Assembly (NCBI RefSeq): GCF_001194135.2
Contig: NC_068985.1
Coordinates: 106,765,681 to 106,829,680 of the forward strand
Reading direction: 5' to 3'
Origin: Octopus bimaculoides
Taxonomy: Eukaryota
Length of the DNA: 64,000 nucleotides
Each line of letters opens with the position of its first letter. The first letter of the stretch is position 1. Both the position numbers and the translations under genes were made by a program. This document shows, in pieces, positions 23,240 to 35,296 of this stretch. Under the pieces are notes generated by a model. It was not told the origin of the DNA and did not search any database. It saw only the letters and a program-made list of their open reading frames with translations.

Positions 23240-25220
23240 TTTTGTCACCTGAGTCAAGCAACATGGCAGAGTTGAAGCAAATTTCCTCTGTGTAACACAT
23301 ACACAGAGATATTCTACAGACCGTGAGCAAGAGGCAGGATTTTGTCCCTCATCCCAGTATACAAGGGAGAGGAAAGGGGTGAAGATAAAAGTTTTTGAAT
23401 GTGCAGTCAGAATTGAACATCTGGTGGGTGGTGGCATGCATTGTTCCAGAGCAGTGCTACTCAAAGTGAGCAGTACCACTCCTGGGAACGAGGGGTGGGT
23501 GTAAGAGAATTTTATATGGGTACTGGAGATAAAAAGAATGGTAGGGTATGCAACAGATACATCTTTATGTTTCTTTTAGTTTTTGTCTCCTATTTAAATA
23601 TTAACTTTAAAAAAAAAAATTAAAGCAGGGTGATGCTATAGTAAGTAGTTACTTGCATCAAACTAGTAATTCAAACTAAATTGCTCTGGCCTGATATGTA
23701 CATTAAAAATATGATGGAGACTGAAAATGTTAAGGATAACGGCCAACAGTTAAAAAAGTGTGGGAAACACTCTTCTAGTGGGAAGCAATCCCCCTTTAGA
23801 CATAAAAAAGCATGACCAGGAAAATTAAATTGGTCTAGAATTGGGTTAGAAGTTCTCAGCCAGGTTAAACCAGAAAACTTGGACAAAATTCTTTATCTTA
23901 TAGAACTCCTAAATGGATACCAACTGCATGCTATAGTGGAAGGTAGAAAATTTAGGTGCAACATATGTGGCACCATCCACCAGTGAGAGGCTTACTTTCC
24001 ACAACAACAAATGATAGCGAAAAGACCCTCACAACAGCCAACCCCAGAACAAAAACATCAACATTAAAAACAACAACAAAAACAGCCACAATTGCAATAG
24101 CAGCAGCAGATGCAAAATAAACAACAACAGCATCAACAACAACTACAACAGAAACTGCAGCAACAATACCTTAGTTTTAACAACACCGGCTTTCCCCAAA
24201 TTAACAACAGATACTGGTACCAAACCCTCTACAGAAGAAAATCAGTACCAATACTATCACCCCTTCAGCAAAACACATATATGAAGACACACAAAATCAG
24301 AGATTCACCTTCTACCTCAGCTATTGCAGACCTCTTCTGAAACAAGGACCTTGCTGAGTGACAAAAAAAAGGTGAGAAAACAACTTTAAAAGGGCTGTGG
24401 CACACAGAAGAGAAAGCTGGGAAAAGCATCCCCCCACCCACCAAATGAAATTAGTATATTCAAAGGAGTGGTAGATGTTCTCCAAGTCCACTACCAACTC
24501 AACAACAACAAAAACAGCCAAAATGAAAGTAGTAGTTCTGGACAGGAATGATCATCTATGACCAGTTGGACTGTGTAAGGAGTAAAACAAAAGGTGCAAA
24601 GACCTCAAAAACCTGCTCAGATATTTCCAACTATCTGACATGTACTGACTGTATTTCCCAAATGTGCCAGAAACTAGTCAGCTATACAGCCCATAAATTT
24701 ATGATACATACAGTTAGCTAAGAATCCAGGCTACAGAAAGCTGGATATGTCTTTCTTGGGTTATAAAGACTACAAGGACTGGGTTAGTGAATTAAGTGAC
24801 AGTTGACAACCAGTGGTGGAGTACTCTGAAAAGGGATTAGAGATTTCTCCCTTACATTAGAGAACTCTTCAATTCCTTCAAAATTGATATAAACAAATTT
24901 AGCACAATTCTTGTGATTTCATATATTTCAGGACTGGCTAACTGATGCAGTCTTATGTGATGCCATGTCTTAAAGAAAGTTTAGCATTAATTAAATCAGA
25001 CTTCAAAGAGAAACAGATTGGAGGGGAGCTAATAAACAGTCTAGAAGAGGTGATTAGTAAAGGTATCACAATCAGCATGGTAGTGGTAATAATAGTCCTT
25101 GACTATTTCTTCATTATGAAACAAAAAGAATGCAGTGTCATATCTACAGCTTGTGCACTAAAACACAAGGGAACAAAAGCTGTTCAATGGTCCTTATGTA
25201 AAGAAGGGGCAATGTAACAA
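23240..25220 (+). mobile_element. Degraded Tx1/L1-like LINE (ORF1 end and ORF2 remnants), split by a MITE
   Basis: ORF1-like AIVEGRKFRCNICGTIH at ~23930-23980. ORF2-like PGYRKLDMSFL..KD at 24726 (cf. PGYWKLN.SLL), then NQWWSTLK/GIRDFS and LDYFFIMKQKECSV...ALKHKGTKAVQW. Recognised by eye only. Confidence 0.55.
23452..23772. mobile_element. Old hAT/Charlie-type MITE
   Basis: Left TIR CAGTGCTACTCAAAGTG, right end AAGTGTGGGAAACACTC. The flanking 8-mers TTCCAGAG and TTCTAGTG (6/8 match) fit a decayed NTCTAGAN target-site duplication. Confidence 0.65.
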
Positions 25221-25639
25221 CAAAGCTACAATCCAGTCTTTGATGGACCAGCACAAATGACAAGGGAGCTGACTTTGCTTTTCATTTCACCAAATATAAG
25301 ACAACTAGCAGCTCCATACTGCAGTAAATTCATTCAACTATACCATTGCCTGCAAATTTGTGAACAGTATCAAAGTTAACTAATTTTGTTTTACCTACAA
25401 TCCTATGACAATCCTAAGGTAGCTATTAACCCTTGGTAAATATCTTCAGCAAATATGTTGACTTAGTAAAAGGTTATAGAATACTTCAGCCACATCACAT
25501 TAAATGGATAAAAGCTATAAAACCTCAGCAATTACTATAGATTGAAACTAATTTGCCAAAGCTCAATTTTGAAGATTCATGCAATCAAGATCCTATATAA
25601 CTTAAAATATAAGAAATAGGATAGAATCAGGACAGTAGA

Positions 25640-25860
25640 TTGGCAGAATCATTACAGCATTGGAAAAAATGCCTTGTGGTATTTGTTGTAACTCTTTATA
25701 TTCTGAATTTAAATCCCGTTAAGGTCAAATTCACTTTAAATCCCTTAGAGGGTCAATATAAAATAAAGTATCAGTCAAGTAGTGGGGTCAATGTAATTGA
25801 CAAGCATTTCCTCTTAAATTTCTGGCCATGTGCCTATGTGAGAAACAATTATAAGAAATA
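25640..25860 (+). mobile_element. SINE family A copy
   Basis: ttggcagaatcattacagcattggaaaaaatgcc...ctgaatttaaatccc...ggggtcaatgtaattgac...ggccatgtgcctatgtgagaaac. Confidence 0.85.
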
Positions 25861-26825
25861 GGATGCAGTTCCTCAGTGTTGATTTGATTAGTTCTTCAAG
25901 TACTTAACTTATGAGATAAAAGCAAATTTAATAAACTCAAATTACCATCTTGCTGTTAATTTGTTAGATAACTGCATGTTAAGTACTCAAGAAGACAGAG
26001 TCAATTAATTTACAAGATACAAAAATGTTACGCAGTCAGGAAGTTCAGAAATTCAAGACATTCCAACAATGAGCAGAAATCATAAAATAAGAGAGAAAAT
26101 CTTATCTGAAATAAGATATACAAAAATTGCTGAAAGCTTTTGTTATGATAGATTAATTTTGGAACAAACAACTCAGAAATTGTCCAAGTAGAAAAGTTAT
26201 GATATAATATAAAATTAGTTGTGTACAAATTGATGTGCAACATCTGTAGGTATGAAAACAGAGTGAGCTAATAGAGGGGCAAAGAAAAAGGATGGGCAGA
26301 AGGAGATAAGAGGCATAAGAAGAAATATTTAAACAAGAAAGAGAATGAAGACTAGATAATTAGCATGAGAGAAAGAATTAAAAAGAGATAGTAAGATAGC
26401 AAGAGAGAGAAAGCAGTAGCAAATGGAGAAATAAAAAAGATAGAGAAACTAATATTTTTAGAAAGTTGGGTGAAGACTGTAACTGCTTCTTGACTATTCC
26501 AGCTTCTTATCACTTCAATATGTCAGAGGTCAACAAAGCTATATAGCTTCTCCTTAACTCAAGCACATTACAAAGTAGGATTTTTACTAGCAGATCCCCA
26601 ACCCCCACCTCTGTCACCAAAACAAACAATAGTTTTATTAATGATAGAAAATGGTAATTCCATTCAAAATGATGGGAGAAAACATTGAGAAATTTATATT
26701 TAACAAAAACATATAATTCATAAATGAAATGGCACTTTTTACCTCTATGAAACTTTTTCTATCAAATACAAACGTGTACATATATGTACACACATGTGCA
26801 TGCATGTACCCTTCAACACACAGAT

Positions 26826-27030
26826 ATATCATCATCATCATCATCATTTTATATCCATTCTCCATGTTGGCATGGGTTGGATGACTCAACAGGATCCAGA
26901 AGGTTAGAGGACTGTCTAACCTCAATGTCTCAGTTTTTTAATAACTAGATGTTCTTCCTAGCACCACCAACCATTTTATGGAGTTTATTGAGTGCATTTT
27001 TCATAGCACCAGCACTATAGAGGTAGCCTT
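26826..27030 (-). mobile_element. Repeat family C fragment, (ATG)n-tailed 3' end (RTE-type LINE/SINE tail)
   Basis: (cat)n ttttatatccattctccatgttggcatgggttggatg..., homologous to 63716-64000. Confidence 0.7.
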
Positions 27031-28799
27031 GCCATTGATAAGACAGAAGAATAATCACAATTTCTGTGTTGTTGCTGCTTGATTTGATTTACAAACACTT
27101 ACAGAATGTCTTGGGTGCTTTTTTTTTTTGTGACACTAGCACTAGTAGTGATGGAAGGGTCACTCTGTAGCTTGTAAGGCAAAAGAAAGCCCCATGATGA
27201 ATGGAAGAGATTTATTGTTATGAGAGGATGATAGTGGATAGAATAAGGGAGGGAGCAATGCTGAAGGGAGAAAAGAAGGAAACACAAGGGAGGAGAAAAA
27301 GGGAAGAGTAACATCAGGGATTAGTGTGAAGGAGAATTGGGGAGCAAATTGGTAATGGTGATGGGGTGATTTGAGCAAGTAGACCCAGTGAGGGATGGGT
27401 TAGTCTACTTACCACAGGTTGGATAGTTCATCGGGGTCCATGTCAAATCTTTATTGGAGTTACACAGGTTTATTGTTGAGAGAAGGTAGTAAGAGACAGA
27501 CTAACAAAGACAGTGTTAGTGAAGAGGGTAACTGGAAAAAAAGGGGAGAAAGCAGTGTCAGGGAAGTTAGAGAAAGTGTATATGGTGGGGAGGGTTGAAC
27601 TGGAAGAGATGTTATATATGGGTGGGTAAAGTGGTGTGTGAGAGAAAGATAAGATGGAAAGAGGTACTTGGGGATAAAGGAAAAGTAGTGCCAGGGGATG
27701 ACAGAGAGTCAGAAAGTGACAGGAATGGTGGGGTTAAGTAGAAGATACGGCGCTACCCCACAATATATAAAGGTGGGTAGAATGGTGCACAGAGAAGAGA
27801 TGAAATGATAATGGGGAACCAAAATATATTCTCAAGGGACCACATCCAGGATAGAATTGTAACAGAATAGTCAGGATGGGTAGGTAAAGGTTGCCAGCAT
27901 GCAATCCCACTCAAGCATCATGATTTGACAGAATAGAGAAAGACAGAATAGAGGAAAACAGAGGAAGAAGAATAGTGGGAAACAGGTAGTAGAGGAGAGG
28001 AGAGGAAGAGGAAGATATTGAATAGGCACAAATCGAGAACTTTCTTCTCAATAAGGGGTGGCATAGTATGGTGAGTAAAAGAGATGATAAGGGTGATGAA
28101 AGGAAATAGAACAGGTACAGTGGGTAGAAGAATATGTGAAATGGGTGTGAGGATACAGAATAGGCAATAGTGAAGGGACAGAGGGATGCATGCACTATAA
28201 ATGGGCAAGGAGAATATATGTACTATCCCACTATTTCAACAAGTATTTCACCAAGCTTGCACAGGAGGTTGGGTCTTCTGCATCACCACATAGTACCACT
28301 CAACAAAGTCCCATCATCTTCTTCATCAGATGTATCACCTTAAGATCATTTTTCACTATATCATTCTGAGTCTTCCTCAGTCTTTCTCTTCCAAAGGTAC
28401 TATTCACTTTAAGTGCTTAGCACTTGCTTATGTAGTTATCAATCTCGATCCAGTTTATGTACCCATACCATTGCATATATGTGTGTGTGACCATAAGCAC
28501 TCTAATATCAACTTTTCCATGTTTGCATGTATCAGACAAACTTCAGGCAGATTTTTTATGGCCTTTCCTATCACCAACTTTCACCTACTTTCATGTAAGG
28601 TAAAATTTCCTCTAGTCTTTCAAACACAAACAGTACAACGACTGACTGTTATTTCACAGAAGATTACAAACAAATAATATTCCTTGAATGACTATACATT
28701 CATTTACAACCAGCACACAAGCTTGAGACAAGGAGACACTTCCAAACACAACAACATATTAGGGTCAACATAAAAATTTTGGTCTAATATGTATTTATT

Positions 28800-29491
28800 G
28801 TACCTTCCCTTCTTTATTCAGTGGAAACATGGACTGTTTACAACCACTATATAAAATCCTGAGAATGCTTTCATCAAAAGTGTTTTCATCAAATTTTCAG
28901 GATTGTCCATACAACCCCTAAAACTCCTGGAAGAGCAGGAATCTTATCAATTCACACAAAACTGGTTTCCAATCAGCTGAGGTGGACTAGCCATTTAATA
29001 CGGATAGAGGATGAGTGCGTTCTGAAGCAGAGTTTTTCATGGTGAGCTATCTGCTGGGAAGTGAAAAAAGTGCAAACCAGAAAACAAGTCTTAAGACTAG
29101 CTAAAATACCAGTCGTGCAGAGTTGAATATACCATACAAAGATGTTGAATTTATTGCTCTTGACAGAAATAAATCACAAAAGGAGATCTATTCTGGGGTA
29201 AAAGATTTTGAAGAAAAGAAACAAAAGTTTGCAAAAAGAGAAGAGAACAACAAAAAAATAACACCTTGCTAAACACAGAAACAGTTTCATCTTTTTAGTT
29301 GCTCAACATGTGGTAAGACTTGCCTTTATAAGACTGGCTTAACTTCACATCTCAGAACTCATCTTCATGCAGTTGATCCAAGTGACACAAAGATCATTCC
29401 AGCAGACAAGCTAATATGCCATATTTATAATAGGACATGTAAGCCCCATGCCGGTCTAAAAGGGTGTTTAAATATCCACAAATCAGACTAG
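28800..29491 (+). mobile_element. RTE/BovB-like LINE 3' ORF relic with C-terminal C2H2 zinc finger(s)
   Basis: ETWTVYNHYIKS*ECFHQKCFHQIFRI...QLRWTSHLIRIEDE..LKQ../HGELSAGK...IALDRNK...CSTCGKTCLYKTGLTSHLRTH (29300-29362), then a degenerate CHIYNRTCKPHAGLKGCLNIH. Confidence 0.85.
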
Positions 29492-29623
29492 ACAAACAAC
29501 ACTGTGCCACTGTTTCTAATACAAATTTAAAGAGACTTGAAACTTAAAAGTCATTAACATGCCCATGAACAGAAAAGGCACATCTAACAAGAAGTAGTCA
29601 AACTTTGAAATAAGAGCAGGCTA

Positions 29624-29658
<35 letters not shown>

Positions 29659-29661
<3 letters not shown>

Positions 29662-29885
29662 CTCTTTACTCTTTTACTCTTTTATTTGTTTCAGTCATTT
29701 GACTGCGGCCATGCTGGAGCACCGCCATTAGTCGAGCAAATCGACCCCAGGACTTATTTCTTGGAAGCCTAGTACTTATTCTATCGGTCTCTTTTGCCGA
29801 ACTGCTAAGTTACGGGGACGTAAACACACCACCATCGGTTGTCAAGCGATGTTGGGGGGACAAACACAGACACACAAACATATGC

Positions 29886-29918
<33 letters not shown>

Positions 29919-30090
29919 CATATATACGATGGGCTTCTTTCAGTTTCCATCTACCAAATCCATTCACAAGGCTTTGGTCGGCCCGAGGCTATAGTAGAAG
30001 ACACTTGCTCAAGGTGCCATGCAGTGGGAATGAACCCGGAACCATGTGGCTGGTAAGCAAGCTACTTACTACACAGCCACTCCTGCGCCT
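29659..30090 (-). mobile_element. Near-intact ~430-bp tRNA-derived SINE (family B; resembles CORE-type octopus OR/OK SINEs, family name not verified)
   Basis: Minus-strand head AGGCGCAGGAGTGGCTGTGTAGTAAG (A box) ... GGTTCATTCCC (B box), CORE-like GCACCTTGAGCAAGTGTCTTCTAC, an internal (TA)n and a 3' (AAAGAGT)n tail. CpG-rich, so probably young. Confidence 0.9.
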
Positions 30091-30779
30091 ATATATTCCC
30101 AACCACATTGCAATCAAGAGAAATTGGTAAATAAGTACCAGACATGAAAATAAACAATGTTTAGAGTCAATATGATTGTCTAAAAACCTTCCAACATGGT
30201 ATCCCAGTATGGCCATAGTCTAACGACTGAAACAAATAAAAGTGTATCTAAAGCATTTGTTTTGCAACTCCCTAAACCGATAAGCTCCTATGCACAACTG
30301 AACTAGTATCTGTTGTCTTGTAACATAAATAAGATGTCTGACTATGATATAATTTGACATAAATTGGACCTGTGCCTTGACCAGTCAGTCATATTGACTC
30401 TTTGCAGTGATATTGTAACAAATTTTGTTAGTAGTTACCTAGACAACATTAATGTTAGTGCTACCATTTGTTATATATATGAAATTAAATATTAAACTAT
30501 TTCCTCTCTTTTGTTTGAAAGTAATTTTTCTAAAATGATCACCAGAGTGTTTTGCTTGTGACTGATTGATTTTTCATCTGCTTTTTCTATTTAATAATAT
30601 GATACCGCCTACTTTGACCAGCTTTAAAACTTACTCTAACTCACTTTTGACTTTATTCTCTCTTACTAGCAGTCAAACATAAGTCTCAGTCACAAAAACA
30701 AAAGTTATATCACTTGTATGTGTGTGTGTGTGTATGTATGTACATGCACGTGAATTCATGTGTATCTAACTATGAAATT

Positions 30780-31000
30780 AATGATTTCAAATTATGACAC
30801 AAGGCCAGTAATTTTCAGGGGAGTGGGGTAAGTTGATTACATCAACCTCAGTACTCAACTGGTACTTATTTCATCGACCTGGAAAGTATGAAAAGCAAAA
30901 TCAACCTCAGTGGAATTCGAACTCAGAACGTGAAGACCAACTAAGTGTTCCTAAGCATTTCGCCTGACATGAAATGAATCTGCCAGCTTGCCACCTATGA
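30780..31000 (-). mobile_element. SINE family A copy
   Basis: gacacaaggccagtaatttt...ctggtacttatttcatcgacc...ggaattcgaactcagaacgtgaagac...gaatctgccagcttgccacc. Confidence 0.9.
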
Positions 31001-33720
31001 ACTTAATAAAAAAATATTGCTTGCAAAATTTATGACAAAAATTTGAGGTTTCATTTTGATCAAAATAACTGATACTCCAGCCATAGCAAAACCACTCATT
31101 TTGCCCTCACATTATTATAATGTCTTTAACTGCCACTCACTCCCACTCCATTTGTTATTTCAATCTCCAGGTGACTGCAAACACAAACAGTGTAAATTAT
31201 TATTACATGTGATTATTTTAAATAATATTACAAAACTAAACACTGAGTGTATGTATTCAGTGGTTTCACATTCTTGGTAGTAATTTCCATCAGATCTTCC
31301 TTAACAACAATTAAGCCTTGAATGTTAAAATCCAAGTTTGTTTTTAGATTGAAATAAAGTTCAAAACAAACACATTGCAAGTGAAAGGTATCAACAATCT
31401 CAACTAATCAATGTCATGAAATGTAGATTATATGTAATTGGTATTTCTTAGTACATAGTTTTTACATTGAAACAAATGGTCTGATTCAGTTGAGGAAAGT
31501 GGTAATTGAATATTACTCCAAACTAAAATATAAACCACTGACATCAGGTGACCCTTTCTTCTACATAACAAAAGGGCATCATATTAATTATTGATGTTAA
31601 TTCAAATCTAAAGACAATATGGAAAATGCTATGTCTCATTTAAATCTCCATAAATATTATACTGAAACTAATGAAATGACCAAAAATACAGTAACATCTT
31701 ATTTAAGAAAAAGTGGTGGTGGTGATGACAGTAAAATGAGTGGGGGTGGTGGCAGTACTTGTGAAAATAGTAGTAGTAGTAGCAGCAGCAGCAACAGTTG
31801 TATGTAAACTACTGCATCACTTGTCTACACAAAAGTTTTCTTCCCCCACAGTTATTTAAAAGCTGTACAGGAGTTGGTTTCTTGTTGAGCAATCCATGTC
31901 TTACATTTATCAATATACATTACTCCCCCACTACTTACTACAGTAAACTACCTTCTAAGTGAGCCAAGTTAAAAGTATATTTGTCAGGAAAAGAGCTCCT
32001 GTGACAGAATACAAATGACCATTTAGTGTGTGAACTTGACTTCACTGTCTGTGAATGTCTTTTCTCTATCCCCATTTCTCTCTCCACAGCACATATCATA
32101 GTCACTCACACTACTAATTCCCATCCATAAAAGATCCAAGAAAAACAGTAAGTTAGCCACAGAAGAAAGAATTGAATAAATGTAATAAAGAAAACATACA
32201 ACTTCATGCAGGCCACCTAGAGAAAGATCTTCACCTTAAAGCTGTCAGATTGAACTATTGATTTTGATGTTCTTCAGAAGAGGCTGACATTACCTACTCA
32301 CCAATGTGCCATTTTGGTAAACATTAGACAAGTCCAACATTGATTAACTGGAGATTAATGACAGATGTGTTCTAAGCAATTGGTTATGTAGGACTGATAT
32401 TGGATTACTTGTATTATAAAGAGAACAAAAAAAGTCCTGTCTAATTCATCATTAGAAAGCACATGTTTAATTTCTTCTATTACCACCAACAGCCCCATCA
32501 CCTCCAGCAAAGCACAAAATGATATCTAGATGTGTGACAGTATTACGACCAATGCATCAATCAACCACAATGGCTAATAGTTCTAATGATATTCTACACA
32601 AGCTTCACTGATATCACATTGCAATCTATAAATAAAAACAGAATTATATTTTGGTCAAACAATAAGTTTCTAGTCTACAGCAGCAGTGGTAATGGTGGTT
32701 TGATGCATCTACCTGTTTACATATCTGGGACAGTGCTGCTGCTGCTACTACTACACATACAAACATCCTAGACTGCATTGAAAGAAAAACAAAAACAATG
32801 CAATTGATTGACAAAGACTTACCAATACTACATTGGCTCACAGATTCGCTCTTCTCTTTGTTATCTATTGCTACTGTAATGGCTTCTGTTCTTCTGAGAC
32901 AGCACTACCACTTCAATCCAACCTACAGAGGTTCGATGTGAACATCAACCACACTGACCCAACTTCTATGGAGAAGTCTACAAAGGTGATGAGCTGTACA
33001 GATTTAGCTTCACTAAATAATAAAAATAACCAAAAAACATTCGATACAAGAAAGAAGCCCATAATGTCTTTGTCTTTTACACATACGCACAAAGCTAGAA
33101 GTGCTTAAGATGACATAGTTACTATTGTTCAGTATGGATCAATGTCCAAAGAACTGCAACTTCATTTCAGGTGCTAGAGGGAAATAACATATTTCCCTCT
33201 ACCACCTCCTCACCCCAAACACACTGTTTCTATCATCATACTCTTGTTCCCTTCACTCACTGATCTTGGTCCTTCCACCCCCCATCTCTCTCTCTCTTCT
33301 GTTCTTTTCTTGGTTACAGTTATGTTGTCTTGAGCAAGCAAGCAAGAACATCATAGAGTAGTAAGGATTCTTTAATCTTGTTGAAAGGGGAGTACTATTC
33401 ACATCCATGATTGAATACACATTACTTTAAATAATAGTCTTGGGTATTTTACTAGAATGTACTTTAGGGAAAAGGTTTTCTTCTTTCCAAAACAACTGAA
33501 TTTGTGATTATTTTTTCTCAAGAATTGTAATTTCCTATGTTCAAAGTATAATTCAGAAAAACTGATAAAGTCAAAAATAAAAAAAATTATGGTCAGTTAT
33601 GTTTTCGAAAATGGAAAGAGAAGACAAAAAAAACAAGAATTTTGGAATATTTTTAAAGATTTGTAATGGGTGAGATTTAAAATATAATGATGATGATGAT
33701 AATAATAATAATAATAATGA

Positions 33721-34170
33721 TAATCCTTTCTACTATAGGCACATGGCCTGAAATTTTGGGAAAAGGGGCCAGTCGATTTGATCAACCGCAGTACGCAACT
33801 GGTACTTAATTTATTGACCCTGAAAGGACGAAAGGCAAAGTTGGCCTTGGTGGAATTTGAACTCAGAATGTAAAGACAGATGCCACTAAATATTTTTCCT
33901 GGCATGCTAATGATTCTGCTACCTCACTGCCATAATAATAATAATAATAATAATAATGATTTCAAATCTTTTTGTCACAAGGGCAGCTTGGAGGAGGGGA
34001 TTACGTCGATTACACTGATCCTTATGTTCCACTGGCACTTAATTTATTGACCCCGAAAGGATGAAAAGCAAAGTCAACCTTGGCAGAATTTGAACTCAGA
34101 ACACAAAGACAAATGGAATGCCACTAAATACTTTTCCTGGCATGCTAATGGTTCTGCTAGCTCACTGCAG
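33721..34170 (-). mobile_element. Two head-to-tail SINE family A copies in (TAA)n
   Basis: Units 33721-33932 and 33933-34170, separated and followed by (TAA)n. Confidence 0.92.
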
Positions 34171-34186
34171 TAATAATAATAATAAT

Positions 34187-34689
34187 CACATTTTGAGCGA
34201 GTGCAGTATACTAGCACATAAGGAGTATAATCGCAGACATAACTGTGTTGGGATGTTAGCCAAGTGAGTGGCTTCAAAACAACAGAAAAGTGGTATGAAC
34301 ACAAACCAGAGGTTGTGACAGAAAATGATAATTACAAGATCTTGTGGGACTTCTCCATAAACACTGACTTTATTATTGAAACAAGAAGACTAGATATGAT
34401 TATGGAGGACAAAATAAACAAATAGTGTAGGATCATACATTTTGTGATTCTCTATGATAGTAGAGTTGATATCAAAAAAACTAAAAAACTTGAGAAATAT
34501 CAGAATCTAGCCAGAGAGCTGAAACTGTGGAAGAGAAAGACAACGATTATTCCTGGAATAACTGGTGTACTTGATAAAGAGCTACCTAAAAGACTGAAAG
34601 AAATCAGAATTGAAATACTCATTGTTGACCTGTAGAAAAGTACCAGCCTATATTCTGAAAGAATCTCAAGAAAGATTCTTGACATGTGA
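34187..34689 (+). mobile_element. 5'-truncated R4/Dong-type non-LTR retrotransposon (end of CCHC knuckle plus REL domain)
   Basis: HILSECSILAHKEYNRRHNCVG / KWYEHKPEVVTENDNYKILWDFSINTDFIIETRRLDMIMEDKINK*CRIIHFVILYDSRVDIKKTKKLEKYQNLARELKLWK...ISRKILDM*. Starts immediately after (TAA)5; the catalytic PD and D residues are mutated. Confidence 0.9.
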
Positions 34690-35205
34690 GACTTCTTGTC
34701 ACTATGCTTTGAGATGAAATACCTGCTAACTAAATTAGTATGCACAAGTGAAATAATGACAATACTAAAAAGATTATGAGAGGATAGAACATATTCTGAA
34801 ATTCTGCCACTGTTGAATTCTTTTAAAGTTTTCTGGTTGGAATGAGCCAAACAACTGCAATGTGCCCACCCATTCCCATCACCTATATTGGAAACTTTTT
34901 TTCTGTTCCTCAACCCTTCTTGCCTATATCAGCATTCTATCAATGTCAGTGATACAACATAAAAGGCATAGCTGACACCCTCTGCATCAAAAATGTAAAC
35001 GAGTTAAGGATACTTGCCAGTCAATTAATTTATCACTTATTTATCTTTGTATAAAGAATGATTGTATATCATTCTAAGAACCTTTTAAGCTGTGTTCCAA
35101 ACTCCATTTTCCTTTAAAAATGGACAAAAAAAATTCAGTTGTTTTATGAAACTGTTTGTCTAAGTTTGTATGAACATACGTTAATGTGCACATACATATA
35201 CATGC

Positions 35206-35210
<5 letters not shown>

Positions 35211-35294
<84 letters not shown>
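35211..35294. repeat. (GT)42 microsatellite
   Basis: Read directly. Confidence 0.98.

Positions 35295-35296
<2 letters not shown>

Noticed and set aside
24110-24340. Poly-Q ORF
   Set aside because: A CAA/CAG low-complexity tract inside a LINE relic; no splice or domain support.
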